Assembly: GCA_964621415.1 (NCBI GenBank)
Contig: CAZUOS010000001.1
Location: forward strand, 3,329-42,379
Source of the DNA: an uncultured Azospirillum sp.
GTDB lineage: Bacteria; Pseudomonadota; Alphaproteobacteria; Rickettsiales; UBA3002
DNA length: 39,051 nucleotides
Direction of reading: 5' to 3'
The position numbers and the translations under genes were made by a program. Each line of letters begins with the position of its first letter. Position 1 is the first letter of the stretch. This document shows, in pieces, positions 17,875 to 27,019 of the stretch. Under the pieces are notes generated by a model. It ran no database searches. It was not told the DNA's origin and saw only the letters and a list, made by a program, of their open reading frames with translations.

Positions 17875-18281
17875 TAGCTACGTTCCCACTGCATTGTCCC
17901 GGCTGTCAGGACAACCCCGCCGGCTGGAGGTTCTTCATCCTCCGGAAGACCGATCCCCAGATCGCCGTTTGCGATCATCGTCAGTCGCTTGATGCAGTCT
18001 TCGTATCGTCGCCTCATCTCTTCCGTACGGGCATCATCCATGGGCGTCATTCGATAGACGGCCATGTCGATACAGAACTGCTTGAACATGGGAGGCACGG
18101 GGGAAAGGGGGAGAACATATCGCTGGGAGATGAACCCGTTGATTTCCTCCGTGCTGGCTGTGAGCGCGGCCGCAATGACCGCATCCTCTGCCCGACCGTC
18201 GTTATCGCGATCAGCGATCAAGTCGAGCAGAGTCGGCCCATAAAGGGCCATGATATCAGCGCGGGCCGCGTAATTGGTCAC
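17874..18281 (-). CDS. head-tail connector protein (DUF1320 / Mu gp36-like)
   Basis: 135 aa. ...DLIADRDNDGRAEDAVIAAALTASTEEINGFISQRYVLPL is the DUF1320 signature. Confidence 0.75.
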   Translation of the reverse strand: MTNYAARADIMALYGPTLLDLIADRDNDGRAEDAVIAAALTASTEEINGFISQRYVLPLSPVPPMFKQFCIDMAVYRMTPMDDARTEEMRRRYEDCIKRLTMIANGDLGIGLPEDEEPPAGGVVLTAGTMQWERS

Positions 18282-18601
18282 TTGTTTTCAGTGTCCTGAA
18301 GCATGGAAATGAGTTTCGCCCGGCTCGTCCTGTCGTTGACCGCCAGGTTACGAGAGGCTGCCAGGGTCCGGAGTTCTTCGATAGTCATCTTGTCGAGGTC
18401 CGGCGGAGTGGGATTAGAAGCCCCGTCACCGGAACTGGCGCCAGTATCCGCCGCATTCGTCTGTTCATTCTCCGTCGTCGATTGTGTCTCCGCCGGGACA
18501 CTGTCCTCGATACGAAATCCCAACCCTTTCAGTTCTTCGATCTTCGCCGGGTCGGAAACGTCGATCTTGTGGCCGTCGCTATCACGAATGAGAATTGCCA
18601 T
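18278..18601 (-). CDS. small acidic protein with C-terminal SAP/Rho-N-like helix pair
   Basis: 107 aa with C-terminus MTIEELRTLAASRNLAV...RAKLISML. GAGGAG SD. First gene after the post-capsid terminator. Confidence 0.6.
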   Translation of the reverse strand: MAILIRDSDGHKIDVSDPAKIEELKGLGFRIEDSVPAETQSTTENEQTNAADTGASSGDGASNPTPPDLDKMTIEELRTLAASRNLAVNDRTSRAKLISMLQDTENK

Positions 18602-18619
18602 TCTCTTCTCCTCTTGGTT

Positions 18620-18651
18620 AAAAGACCCGGCGGAGGTTATCCCTCCGCCGG
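18620..18651 (-). terminator. rho-independent terminator/attenuator after the coat gene
   Basis: Minus strand reads CCGGCGGAGG-GATAA-CCTCCGCCGG followed by GTCTTTTAA: a 10-bp GC stem (18627..18636 / 18642..18651), 5-nt loop and T-run. Confidence 0.8.
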
Positions 18652-18671
18652 TCGTACAATCTCAGCTGGGA

Positions 18672-19844
18672 TCAGCCGAGCATGCGGGCTGCCAGTTCGG
18701 CGCGGAGCGTCTTGACACCGAAGAGGATATCAAAGCGCCAGTGCCTGGTGGCCTTGCCCGGCTCACGCCAGGTTTCCAGACGGAGCGGAATACCCGTCAC
18801 CGGGTCCGTCGCGACGGAAATCGTGGACGACTCCGAGCTTTCCGAGGTCAGCGTGCGGGCCGCGAACATGAACGCGTTGCGGTGGAACGCCAGATTGATC
18901 CCGTAAGTCGTTCCGGACGACGGCTTCGTGAAGGTAAGTCCCTTCGCGGTCGGGAAACCACCGGTCGGAGCTGCGGGATAGAACGAGATGGAAGCAAAGG
19001 CTCCACCCACCGCCGCTACGTCTGCCGTCACGACGAACTGCATCGCCGTGCCGTCTGCGTAGTTCACGTCGGCCACGGTGAACGTATCACCCTTTTTCAG
19101 GGTATTGGTTCCCGTGAAACCGTTCGCGGCCATGGTCGTTGCGCCGGCAGCGACGGCGCCATTGACAGCACCGGTCGCTTCAGCTGCGGCCGTGCCGATC
19201 GTGTGGCGCGGCATGAGCTGATCCGAGAAGGTCTCGAAACCGAACTTGCGACCGAGGGAAGCTTCCACCAGTGCCTCGGTCGAACCGGTCTTCGCGGCGT
19301 CGGCGTAGAGGATGATGAACTTCGCTTCCGCGTTGATATCCAGGACCAAACGACGGTTCTGGAGAGGAACAAGGTTGCGCTGAAGGACGGCACGGACCGC
19401 GACGATATCGTCCGACGCATCCGGAGTCGAACCGGCGGTGCCGGCCGAATACGGAATGTCCTTGTAGAGTGCGACCAGTTCCTTGTCGACGGCGTTGGCC
19501 AGAGCCTTGATGGCGCTGTCCGCGGCAGAGGGAAGAACGCCGGACGTCACCGTCTCGCGCATTTCCTTGTCCGTCATCTTGAACTGCTTGTACTTCCACT
19601 TGTCGAGAACGATATCGACTTTCGGATCCTTCAGGTCAGTCGCCGAAGATCCGTTGTCGGTATCCATGTCGCCAGCTTCACCGAGATCCTGCGGCAGCGG
19701 GACGCGGATGGTGGCGTTCTGTTCCGCCGCTTCCGCGGCGAAGTCTGTAGACACGAGGGCCGGCATGACGCAGGCTTCACGGAGAACCGGAAGGGCTGCA
19801 GGCATGATGATCGTGTCCATCAGGTCCTGAAGGTCGTTTGACAT
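18672..19844 (-). CDS. major capsid protein (P22 coat protein family)
   Basis: 390 aa. ...INLAFHRNAFMFAARTL...DPVTGIPLRLETW resembles P22 gp5-like coats. Preceded by the scaffold gene. Confidence 0.9.
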   Translation of the reverse strand: MSNDLQDLMDTIIMPAALPVLREACVMPALVSTDFAAEAAEQNATIRVPLPQDLGEAGDMDTDNGSSATDLKDPKVDIVLDKWKYKQFKMTDKEMRETVTSGVLPSAADSAIKALANAVDKELVALYKDIPYSAGTAGSTPDASDDIVAVRAVLQRNLVPLQNRRLVLDINAEAKFIILYADAAKTGSTEALVEASLGRKFGFETFSDQLMPRHTIGTAAAEATGAVNGAVAAGATTMAANGFTGTNTLKKGDTFTVADVNYADGTAMQFVVTADVAAVGGAFASISFYPAAPTGGFPTAKGLTFTKPSSGTTYGINLAFHRNAFMFAARTLTSESSESSTISVATDPVTGIPLRLETWREPGKATRHWRFDILFGVKTLRAELAARMLG

Positions 19845-19888
19845 AATTTATTCATCTCTGAGAAGTGCCGGTCATCCGGCGGTTGGGG

Positions 19889-20713
19889 TTACGACGCGAC
19901 CCGGATCTTCCCAGCCATCTTGTCCTGAAGAAGCTGCTTGCGCTCTTCCGGTTTGGCTGAAGAAATCTTGGTCTGCCACTCTGAAAGACTATAGGACTTG
20001 ACCGCTCCCCGAGGAGGCCGCTGCTGGCCGCCTTCCGAGCCCGATCCACCCTTCTCTTCAGCTTCGAACGCCGATGCGAAATCATCAGACTTCTTCATCT
20101 GCTGCACGAACCCTCCGATATCAAGGTATCCGCCCTTTCCGTCAGACATAGGCTCGCCGTCACTATCGACGACGCGCACAAGGTAATCGCCGTTCTCTTC
20201 GACCACACGACAGTTTGCCCTGACGTGCGGGAGCAAGAGCTTAACGTTGCCCTTGGCTTCCGCAATCGCGGACTTCGCTGCGCTCTCGACCAGATACCGT
20301 TCCAAGGAACCACGCATGGTCCCGACTTTGTCTTCCGCGGCTTTCACCTTAGCGGTGGACGCGATTTCAAAATCGGACTTCCATTTGTCGAACTGCTTGG
20401 TGGCGTCACCCTTCTCGTCGATCAGTTTCTGCAGGTCGGACTTTTCTTTCGTCCAAATGCCTTCCTGTTCGGCGAGCTTCGTCTTCAAGGCTTCCGGGCT
20501 TTCCGCTATGGCCTTCCATCCGCCGAGTTCGCGTTCAGCATTCTGGGTACGCTTCCGCTCTTTCTGGACGGTTTCATTGAGTGTGGTGCGCTCGGCGTAG
20601 AACTTGCGGAGGCCGGGGATCAGCGCGATAACGCCATCCTTTTCCTCATACAAGCCCTGAAACTCCTGCGGGACCTCATCAATTGCCTTGACGGTTTCGG
20701 GGAAGTCAAACAT
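19889..20713 (-). CDS. scaffolding protein
   Basis: I prefer the ATG at 20713 (GGAGGA SD 5 nt upstream) over the track start 20764. The protein is helical, charged and coiled-coil-like, and lies directly upstream of the coat gene. Confidence 0.75.
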   Translation of the reverse strand: MFDFPETVKAIDEVPQEFQGLYEEKDGVIALIPGLRKFYAERTTLNETVQKERKRTQNAERELGGWKAIAESPEALKTKLAEQEGIWTKEKSDLQKLIDEKGDATKQFDKWKSDFEIASTAKVKAAEDKVGTMRGSLERYLVESAAKSAIAEAKGNVKLLLPHVRANCRVVEENGDYLVRVVDSDGEPMSDGKGGYLDIGGFVQQMKKSDDFASAFEAEEKGGSGSEGGQQRPPRGAVKSYSLSEWQTKISSAKPEERKQLLQDKMAGKIRVAS

Positions 20714-20818
20714 TTTAGTCCTCCGTTTGCAGGCCTCACGCCTGCGGCTCGCGGCTGGCCTCACGCCTCACCGCTCTTGTATTAACTGGGTTTCCCCAGC
20801 ATTCCGAGATATTCGGAA

Positions 20819-23800
20819 TTAGATGCCGATCAGTTGGACTGACGGCGAGCCGATCCTCTGGCGAAGAACAAGCTTCGACAGTGGATCGCCTTCGATCAGG
20901 TACTCATTCATCGACGCCTGGATGGTCCGCATCCTGACGACTTGTACTGGCAGACCCCCGATGGCATAAGAAGCGGGCAACGCCATTTGGTGTGTGCCGA
21001 ACTTCAGAGCCGGGTCTGTCCCCTGGATGGAAAGGCTGCCAGGGGCAAGAGAAAGAACCCGGGACCGTTTGACGGTTGCCGGGGAACCTGTCACGTAGTG
21101 ACCAAGCCCCTGGGCAACGATCCGGCGACCCCGAAGGGCTGCCGTTGCCGATCCCTGGACAGTATAGGCTGTGCCCGCGGCCTGCAGGCGACGCCGGAGC
21201 AGGGTCCGGGCTGTCTGGCCTGTTACCACATGGGCGCCGGCTGCGGCGGCCGCCAGGCGCGTCCTCCGCACGGCTGTCGGTGCGCCGTTCAGGGTGTAAG
21301 CGACTGAAGACGCGACGATCCGCCGGGACCTGACTAGAGAAGCCGGAGTTCCCGTGAACGAATACGAGGAACCATCGGCTGTGACTAGCGGGTTCGTCAG
21401 GGTCCGAAGAACGACTGACGATCCCTGGATGACCAAGCCATGAGATGCGGCTTGAACCACCCGGCCACGACGAACGGAAACCGCGGACCCGGCTGTCACA
21501 TACAGCGGGCCAAGGGCTGTAACGATAAGCCCGCGGCGGAACCCCGCGGTATTCCCCGCCAGGGCATAGGCTCCGCCGCTAAGGTCCATGGCACTGACGA
21601 CCGTTTTACGGAGCGTCGACGGACTGCCAGCAACGGCATACGCCGCCGGGGAAGCCAGAACAGACCGACCATGGAGACACGCAACGTCTGAGCCGGTCAG
21701 CTCATACTGGCCCAGGGAAGCCAGAACGTACGTGCCCTTTAAGAGCTCCGCCGTTCTTCCGGTCCATTGGTATGTCCCCGGATCGACGTGGAATGTCCCC
21801 GTCAAAGCGAGAGTGACCGGTGTCCCTTGGATCGTGTATACTGCTGGTGCAGGGAGGACGCCCCAGACTCGTACACAACCCACGCCGTCCACGGAATACA
21901 CCGTGGGCAGACTGCGGAGAAACTTCGTCGTTCGATACGGGGTCGCCGGAGAACCGGAGACCTCGTAAGTGACGCCGCTTGCAATAATACCCCGTTCGGA
22001 ATAGATTTCCGTCGGAGTGATTTCGTAGAGTACCGACTCGGCGTCGATACTCTTCAACGGCATTGCAGCGACGCCATCGATTTCGTAAACCCCGGGGAAA
22101 GCCTTCTTCGGCTGTCCGCGAACCAGGTCCACAGGGGTCGACTCGACGGCATAGTTCGTCGACGACGGGATGATCCCCCGGAGATAAACCGGAGAATTGA
22201 CGTCGATTGCGTAGACGTTCGGCAGCGCCTTGATCAGTTTCGTCGACCGGTACGGCGTTGCAGCCGTCCCGCCGATCGAATAAGATCCTCCGGAAAGCCT
22301 CAGGCCCTTTTCGATCGAAACTTCTGCCGTCGTAAATTCATACGAATGAACGCCGGCATAGATACCCCTGGCGCGCCAGGCATTGACACCGTTGACCTGG
22401 TACCCGGACGGCATCAAGACGATGGTCTTCCCCAGGCCGATCTTCAGAAGGCCTGCAGAAGCTCCGTTCACTGAATACCCGGCCGATGCAGCCGTGATCC
22501 GACGGGCCAGGTGACGAAGCGTAACCGCGGCGCCAGTGATCGCGAAAGAAGCCCCTGCTGCAACCATCGACTGGCCGCGGCTCATGATCGCCGAAGCACC
22601 GATGATCGAGTGGATATTTTCTTCCGCGACGACCTTGCGTCCCCGGGCGACGATAGCCGCTGTCCCGGCCGTCGTGTAAGACGATCCGAGCAAAGCAGGC
22701 TTCATCGTACGACGAAGCGTAGATGCGACACCGACGATCGCGTATTCCGCCCCCAGGGCGTCGATCTTCTTGATCGACCCAAGAGAAACCGGTGTTCCGC
22801 TGATCACGAACCCAGCGCCCTGGGCAGCGATCAGGCGGCCGCGTTCGAGTGACGATACGGCGCCGCTGATATTATACGCAACGGACCCGGCCAGGACCTT
22901 GCGAGCCGAGATATGCGGCGTCGCTGCAGCCCCGACGATCCCGTACGAAGACGGAGCGCCGGCCAGGCTCCTTCCCAGGAGTGTCGTGGGTACGGTTCCT
23001 GTCAAGGTGTACCCGGCCGGCGCGGCGATCAGCTTGCGGGACCGGAGTAGTGCGGCGGCAGATCCGGTAATCGCATAAGAGGCTGCACCGAGCAGCAGGC
23101 TTCGGGCGCCATTAAAGCTGACCGCAACTCCTTCGATCGTATAAGCGACCGATGCAGCAACGACGACCCTGCCAGCTTTCAGACTTACGTCGGAACCTGC
23201 GATCGTATAGGACGATCCCAGAACTGTCAGGGGGTATCCCCGGCGCGTCGTTACGTCGCTGCCGGTCAGTGCGTAGGAAGATCCCTCTGCGATAACGGCT
23301 TTCACGGACCCCAGCGTGACCGGAGAACCCGTGATGTTATACGCAACTGAACCAAGCGCGATCCGGTATGCCGTGATCTTCGGCGTTACCGCGGACCCCG
23401 TGATCGAATAGGACGTCCCCAGGGCGTCGACTTTCTTAATCGACCCCAGGAGGACGTTAGATCCCGTCAGAGCATACAAAGAAGTCTCTGCAACGATCTT
23501 AAGCCCGCGCTTAAGAGAAGACGCCGCCCCGTTAATCGTGTAAGACGATCCAAGAGCGATGATCTTCCTTGCCGAAATCTTCGGCGTTGCCGCCGAACCA
23601 TTCAGGCTGTACGAAGCCCCGGCAATCTGGATACGATACGCCGTGATTTTCGGCGTCATCGCTGAACCAACGATGGAATACGACGACCCGATCGCAGCGA
23701 TCCGGCGGCCGTATTTCAAAGTGACTGCTGTCCCTCCGATCGCGTAAGACGATCCAGCAGCGACGACTTTGAAACCACGTTCCAGCGATGACGCCGTGCC

Positions 23801-24883
23801 CCCCAGGGCATACGAAGCGCCAGCGATAGCGATCTTCCGTCCGATCTTCGTCGTAACGGCAGATCCATTCAGCGAATACGAAACGCTGTCGGCGATGACC
23901 TTGAACCCGCGTTCAAGGCTCGCCAGGGCGCCCGTGATCGAATAACTGGACCCGTCGGCAATAACAGTCTTTGCCGTCGACCCGCTCTTGGTCAGCGTGA
24001 CGTCGGAACCAGAGATCGCATAAGATCCGCCGGAAGCAACGACGCCGAAGGCACGATATGCAGCGTTGCCATCCAGCTCATAGGCTGTCTGGACGCCAGC
24101 GGCCTCGCGGCCATATTCAAGCGAAGCGGCTCCGCCCGTTAGAGCGTACGAAGATCCGTCCGCTGCCAGGGTCCTCGCCGAAGCGGTGACCTGGAGCATG
24201 AGCCAGTTGATTGCCGTATCACGAGCAGTGCCGCTTGTGATCGTCGGGTTATAGGTCTGGCTGCCCGTCGCAGTAATGATTTTATACTGCGCCGAAACGG
24301 TCATCGTCGACGCGTCTGCGCCGCCGTCAGCTAGTGCCGTGCTGGCCGTCGCATTTGACCAAGATCCGCCGGTCGTGTCCCCGTCTCCGGTAACGCCATC
24401 GTCCGTTTCAACGGCCAGGGCGCCGAACAGGAGGTTGCCGATTTCGTTATTGGCAGCCTTCGTAACCGTCGGGGCGTTCTTATTGGCGCCAGTACCCGTA
24501 CCAGCTGCAACGACGCTGATCGTTTCCCCCGATCCCGGAGAAACGACGAAGACGACCACGGCCTTCTGGGCAACGTTCGGGTTGAAGTTGACCTGAACGG
24601 TTCCGTTCGACAAAGCCGACGTGACAGGCGCCGTGAAGAACGCCAGTGTGGCGCCATCACCAGCCACGGCGCCAGGGGTATAGTTGATTTCACCCCGCTT
24701 CGTATAGGTATTGGACCCATCCGAAGCGGTTGTGATCGACGAAGTGCCGGACGTATTCGAATTCGCGGCGGCGACCACGACGACAATCATGTCGCCGATC
24801 GCCGCATTCACCGAGCCAACGGTTATGTTACCGCTCGTCGTGGTCGACTGGTTCGTGAGCGGTGTGGCAACCGAGAAGGCCAT
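20819..24883 (-). CDS. 1354-aa tandem-repeat protein (N-terminal ~240-aa globular domain plus ~45-50 degenerate 22-23-aa repeats)
   Basis: Single long ORF. The repeat unit is roughly G-[AS]-S-Y-x-[IL]-x-G-x-x-[AV]-x-L-x-x-G-R-[KR]-[IV]-x-A. Confidence 0.8.
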   Translation of the reverse strand: MAFSVATPLTNQSTTTSGNITVGSVNAAIGDMIVVVVAAANSNTSGTSSITTASDGSNTYTKRGEINYTPGAVAGDGATLAFFTAPVTSALSNGTVQVNFNPNVAQKAVVVFVVSPGSGETISVVAAGTGTGANKNAPTVTKAANNEIGNLLFGALAVETDDGVTGDGDTTGGSWSNATASTALADGGADASTMTVSAQYKIITATGSQTYNPTITSGTARDTAINWLMLQVTASARTLAADGSSYALTGGAASLEYGREAAGVQTAYELDGNAAYRAFGVVASGGSYAISGSDVTLTKSGSTAKTVIADGSSYSITGALASLERGFKVIADSVSYSLNGSAVTTKIGRKIAIAGASYALGGTASSLERGFKVVAAGSSYAIGGTAVTLKYGRRIAAIGSSYSIVGSAMTPKITAYRIQIAGASYSLNGSAATPKISARKIIALGSSYTINGAASSLKRGLKIVAETSLYALTGSNVLLGSIKKVDALGTSYSITGSAVTPKITAYRIALGSVAYNITGSPVTLGSVKAVIAEGSSYALTGSDVTTRRGYPLTVLGSSYTIAGSDVSLKAGRVVVAASVAYTIEGVAVSFNGARSLLLGAASYAITGSAAALLRSRKLIAAPAGYTLTGTVPTTLLGRSLAGAPSSYGIVGAAATPHISARKVLAGSVAYNISGAVSSLERGRLIAAQGAGFVISGTPVSLGSIKKIDALGAEYAIVGVASTLRRTMKPALLGSSYTTAGTAAIVARGRKVVAEENIHSIIGASAIMSRGQSMVAAGASFAITGAAVTLRHLARRITAASAGYSVNGASAGLLKIGLGKTIVLMPSGYQVNGVNAWRARGIYAGVHSYEFTTAEVSIEKGLRLSGGSYSIGGTAATPYRSTKLIKALPNVYAIDVNSPVYLRGIIPSSTNYAVESTPVDLVRGQPKKAFPGVYEIDGVAAMPLKSIDAESVLYEITPTEIYSERGIIASGVTYEVSGSPATPYRTTKFLRSLPTVYSVDGVGCVRVWGVLPAPAVYTIQGTPVTLALTGTFHVDPGTYQWTGRTAELLKGTYVLASLGQYELTGSDVACLHGRSVLASPAAYAVAGSPSTLRKTVVSAMDLSGGAYALAGNTAGFRRGLIVTALGPLYVTAGSAVSVRRGRVVQAASHGLVIQGSSVVLRTLTNPLVTADGSSYSFTGTPASLVRSRRIVASSVAYTLNGAPTAVRRTRLAAAAAGAHVVTGQTARTLLRRRLQAAGTAYTVQGSATAALRGRRIVAQGLGHYVTGSPATVKRSRVLSLAPGSLSIQGTDPALKFGTHQMALPASYAIGGLPVQVVRMRTIQASMNEYLIEGDPLSKLVLRQRIGSPSVQLIGI
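20864..24166 (-). repeat. coding tandem-repeat array (period ~66-69 nt, degenerate)
   Basis: Examples: GSSYSITGALASLERGFKVIAD / SVSYSLNGSAVTTKIGRKIAIA / GASYALGGTASSLERGFKVVAA / GSSYAIGGTAVTLKYGRRIAAI. Boundaries are approximate. Confidence 0.75.
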
Positions 24884-24889
24884 TAAGGG

Positions 24890-27019
24890 TTATCCGATTT
24901 CGAAGATCGTCACATCGTCGTGGCAAGTGAAGTCGACCTGGCTTACGTTTCCACCGCCGCCGGCCGTCGTCCAGGCCAGCGTCTCTTGAGAAAGAGCCGC
25001 CCTGGTGTAAGGCCGGGTGTAACGAACGGGTTTCGACGTCGGGAGGTTCAGCCGGATATTCCTCGAAGTGAAGGAGTTCCCGACAGGCGCTGTCCGTTTC
25101 CAGGACTCGCTGTTCCTCCAGACCGGCAGAAGCCACTTTCCATCAGACCGCTGATAAAGCTGCCAACGGATCGTGCCATCATATTGGCCGACTGTCCCGC
25201 CGTCACTGAACGAGTATTCGAGGTTCGTCTTGTTGAACGTCCTCGCCGTTCCGGCACCGTCCCACATCGCCTTCAGCGTCAGGTACATGATGTACCAGAG
25301 CATGCGACGAGTGAACGTATAAACTCCACCTGCTTGGCTGAAGGCCAGGAGGCCATAAACCTTACCAGGGGAAGTCGGGAGGTTCGGAAGCTCGTGCGCG
25401 TTATCGATCATCTCGAACGCGTTGAAGCCAGTGATCCCCCACCACTGATAGTCGAACATGGACCGCTGGTAATACTTGCAGCGGGCTTCTTCCGTCAGGA
25501 AACGGACTGTGAAGCTGCGGCCGTCTGTGCCGCCGAGTTCCCAGCCTTCTTCCGTGATCTTGACTTTCTTCGCCGGATCGAGATTGACCAGTTCCTTGTA
25601 CTGGGCCATCAACTTCGTGATGTGTATCGTCACATCGTTCGATCCACCTTCGTCCAACAGGCCGTCGGTCTCACCTGCAACGTCCGGCATGTTGCCGCCG
25701 GTGTACAGGTGGAGGTTCGGCCAATCGACCAACGGAACCACGTCACGAGTCCACTGCCTTCCGTTCGGGTTCGTATAAGGCTGGAAAGTGTCATAGTACA
25801 TGACCCCCGCCTGGTTCGCCCGAGCCGTCGTATGGACATAACCTTCATACAGGACACTGCGGATCTTCTGGATCAGACGAGACCACGGAGACCAGGAACC
25901 AATCGTCAGATCCGTCGGCCAGTTCGGGTATTTCGTCATGTTGCGGATTTCATGGCAGATCACATACTGGTGATCGATCACGTAACCGCGCCAGCCGTCC
26001 GGCGACCCTGGCCGAGGATCGTACATCGGTTCGTCCGGGTTATTGGGCTCGTTCAGACCCGCAAAGGCATTCATCGCCTCTTTATAGTAATTGTAACACC
26101 GCTCGATGATCGTCTCGGCGCCGATTGCCGTTCCAGAAAACTGGTTCAAATCCGTCAGTGTGCCGTTGATCCTGACGCCATAATCATCATACATCTTCTG
26201 GATGATCTGGGCCGTCATATTCGTCGAGTTGTCAGGGCAGCCGCAAGTCGAACGGACGAGTTTCATCCCTACGCTGGCCAACGGCGCGAAGTGCCCCAAA
26301 TACCAGCCGGACGTATCGTACGACCCTGTGTTCGCTCCGTTCGCCGTACGATACGCCATATAAGGATCGCCAGACCGACGAGTCAGATACATCTGAAGCA
26401 TCTGGCCGTCGGAAAATTCGATCGCCCGCTTCGGAACGAAGTTTGGATCTGGCGGAACGACGACGTCATCCAGGGTCGAGTCGGTAAAGACTGCCGACGG
26501 CGGACCGAACGTCGATCCGTCCGTGGCGCGGATACGGAAATCAAAAGCCGTACCCGGAAGCAAGACCCCAACGGTTCCCTGGGTCGTCGTCGACAAGTCC
26601 CGCCAGTTATTGGCCGCGTTCACGTCGACCTGGTATTTCGTGGCACCCGGAACGGCGTTCCAGCTCAGGGTGACCGAAGTCGTCGTGCGGCTGACCCGAG
26701 CGACGCCCGTGACCTGGGCCAGTGAAACGGACCCGGTGATCGTGAATGTGAACGAGGCATCCAGGGTCCTCCCAGTTTCCAGTTCCGTCATTCGAACCGT
26801 GCAATTATAAGTCCCGGCCACGTCGCTGATCAGGCTCAGTACCGCGTCGATGATCTGCATGTTCGCAGACCCCGATACGATCCCATAGACGACCCCGGGC
26901 GTGTTCGACTTCAGGACAATCGAAGGATCCGAACCAGCAACGGCGTCCACAGTCAAAGAACAGGTGAACGCCAGAGGGATGACTTCGCGACCGACCCGAA
27001 GCTTATAGAACCGCGTCAT
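24890..27019 (-). CDS. Ig-like + FN3 + putative clan GH-A (TIM-barrel) glycoside hydrolase; candidate polysaccharide depolymerase
   Basis: 709 aa. FN3-like SVTLSWNAVPGATKYQV (aa ~115-130). AFAGLNEPNN (Glu324) resembles the NEP acid/base motif, and KITEEGWE (aa 488-495) resembles the nucleophile motif ~166 aa later. ATGA overlap with the upstream gene. Confidence 0.65.
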   Translation of the reverse strand: MTRFYKLRVGREVIPLAFTCSLTVDAVAGSDPSIVLKSNTPGVVYGIVSGSANMQIIDAVLSLISDVAGTYNCTVRMTELETGRTLDASFTFTITGSVSLAQVTGVARVSRTTTSVTLSWNAVPGATKYQVDVNAANNWRDLSTTTQGTVGVLLPGTAFDFRIRATDGSTFGPPSAVFTDSTLDDVVVPPDPNFVPKRAIEFSDGQMLQMYLTRRSGDPYMAYRTANGANTGSYDTSGWYLGHFAPLASVGMKLVRSTCGCPDNSTNMTAQIIQKMYDDYGVRINGTLTDLNQFSGTAIGAETIIERCYNYYKEAMNAFAGLNEPNNPDEPMYDPRPGSPDGWRGYVIDHQYVICHEIRNMTKYPNWPTDLTIGSWSPWSRLIQKIRSVLYEGYVHTTARANQAGVMYYDTFQPYTNPNGRQWTRDVVPLVDWPNLHLYTGGNMPDVAGETDGLLDEGGSNDVTIHITKLMAQYKELVNLDPAKKVKITEEGWELGGTDGRSFTVRFLTEEARCKYYQRSMFDYQWWGITGFNAFEMIDNAHELPNLPTSPGKVYGLLAFSQAGGVYTFTRRMLWYIMYLTLKAMWDGAGTARTFNKTNLEYSFSDGGTVGQYDGTIRWQLYQRSDGKWLLPVWRNSESWKRTAPVGNSFTSRNIRLNLPTSKPVRYTRPYTRAALSQETLAWTTAGGGGNVSQVDFTCHDDVTIFEIG

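Noticed and set aside
18303-19841. 512-aa plus-strand ORF antisense to the coat gene
   Set aside because: It is Arg/Gly/Asp-rich and low-complexity with no motifs, no SD and no compositional change. It lies in the in-register antisense frame of a GC-rich gene, which lacks stops simply because TTA/CTA/TCA are rare codons. This is a typical shadow ORF.
24920-26725. 601-aa plus-strand ORF antisense to the putative glycosidase gene
   Set aside because: Same reasoning: it is an Arg/Pro-rich in-register shadow ORF with no recognisable domain.
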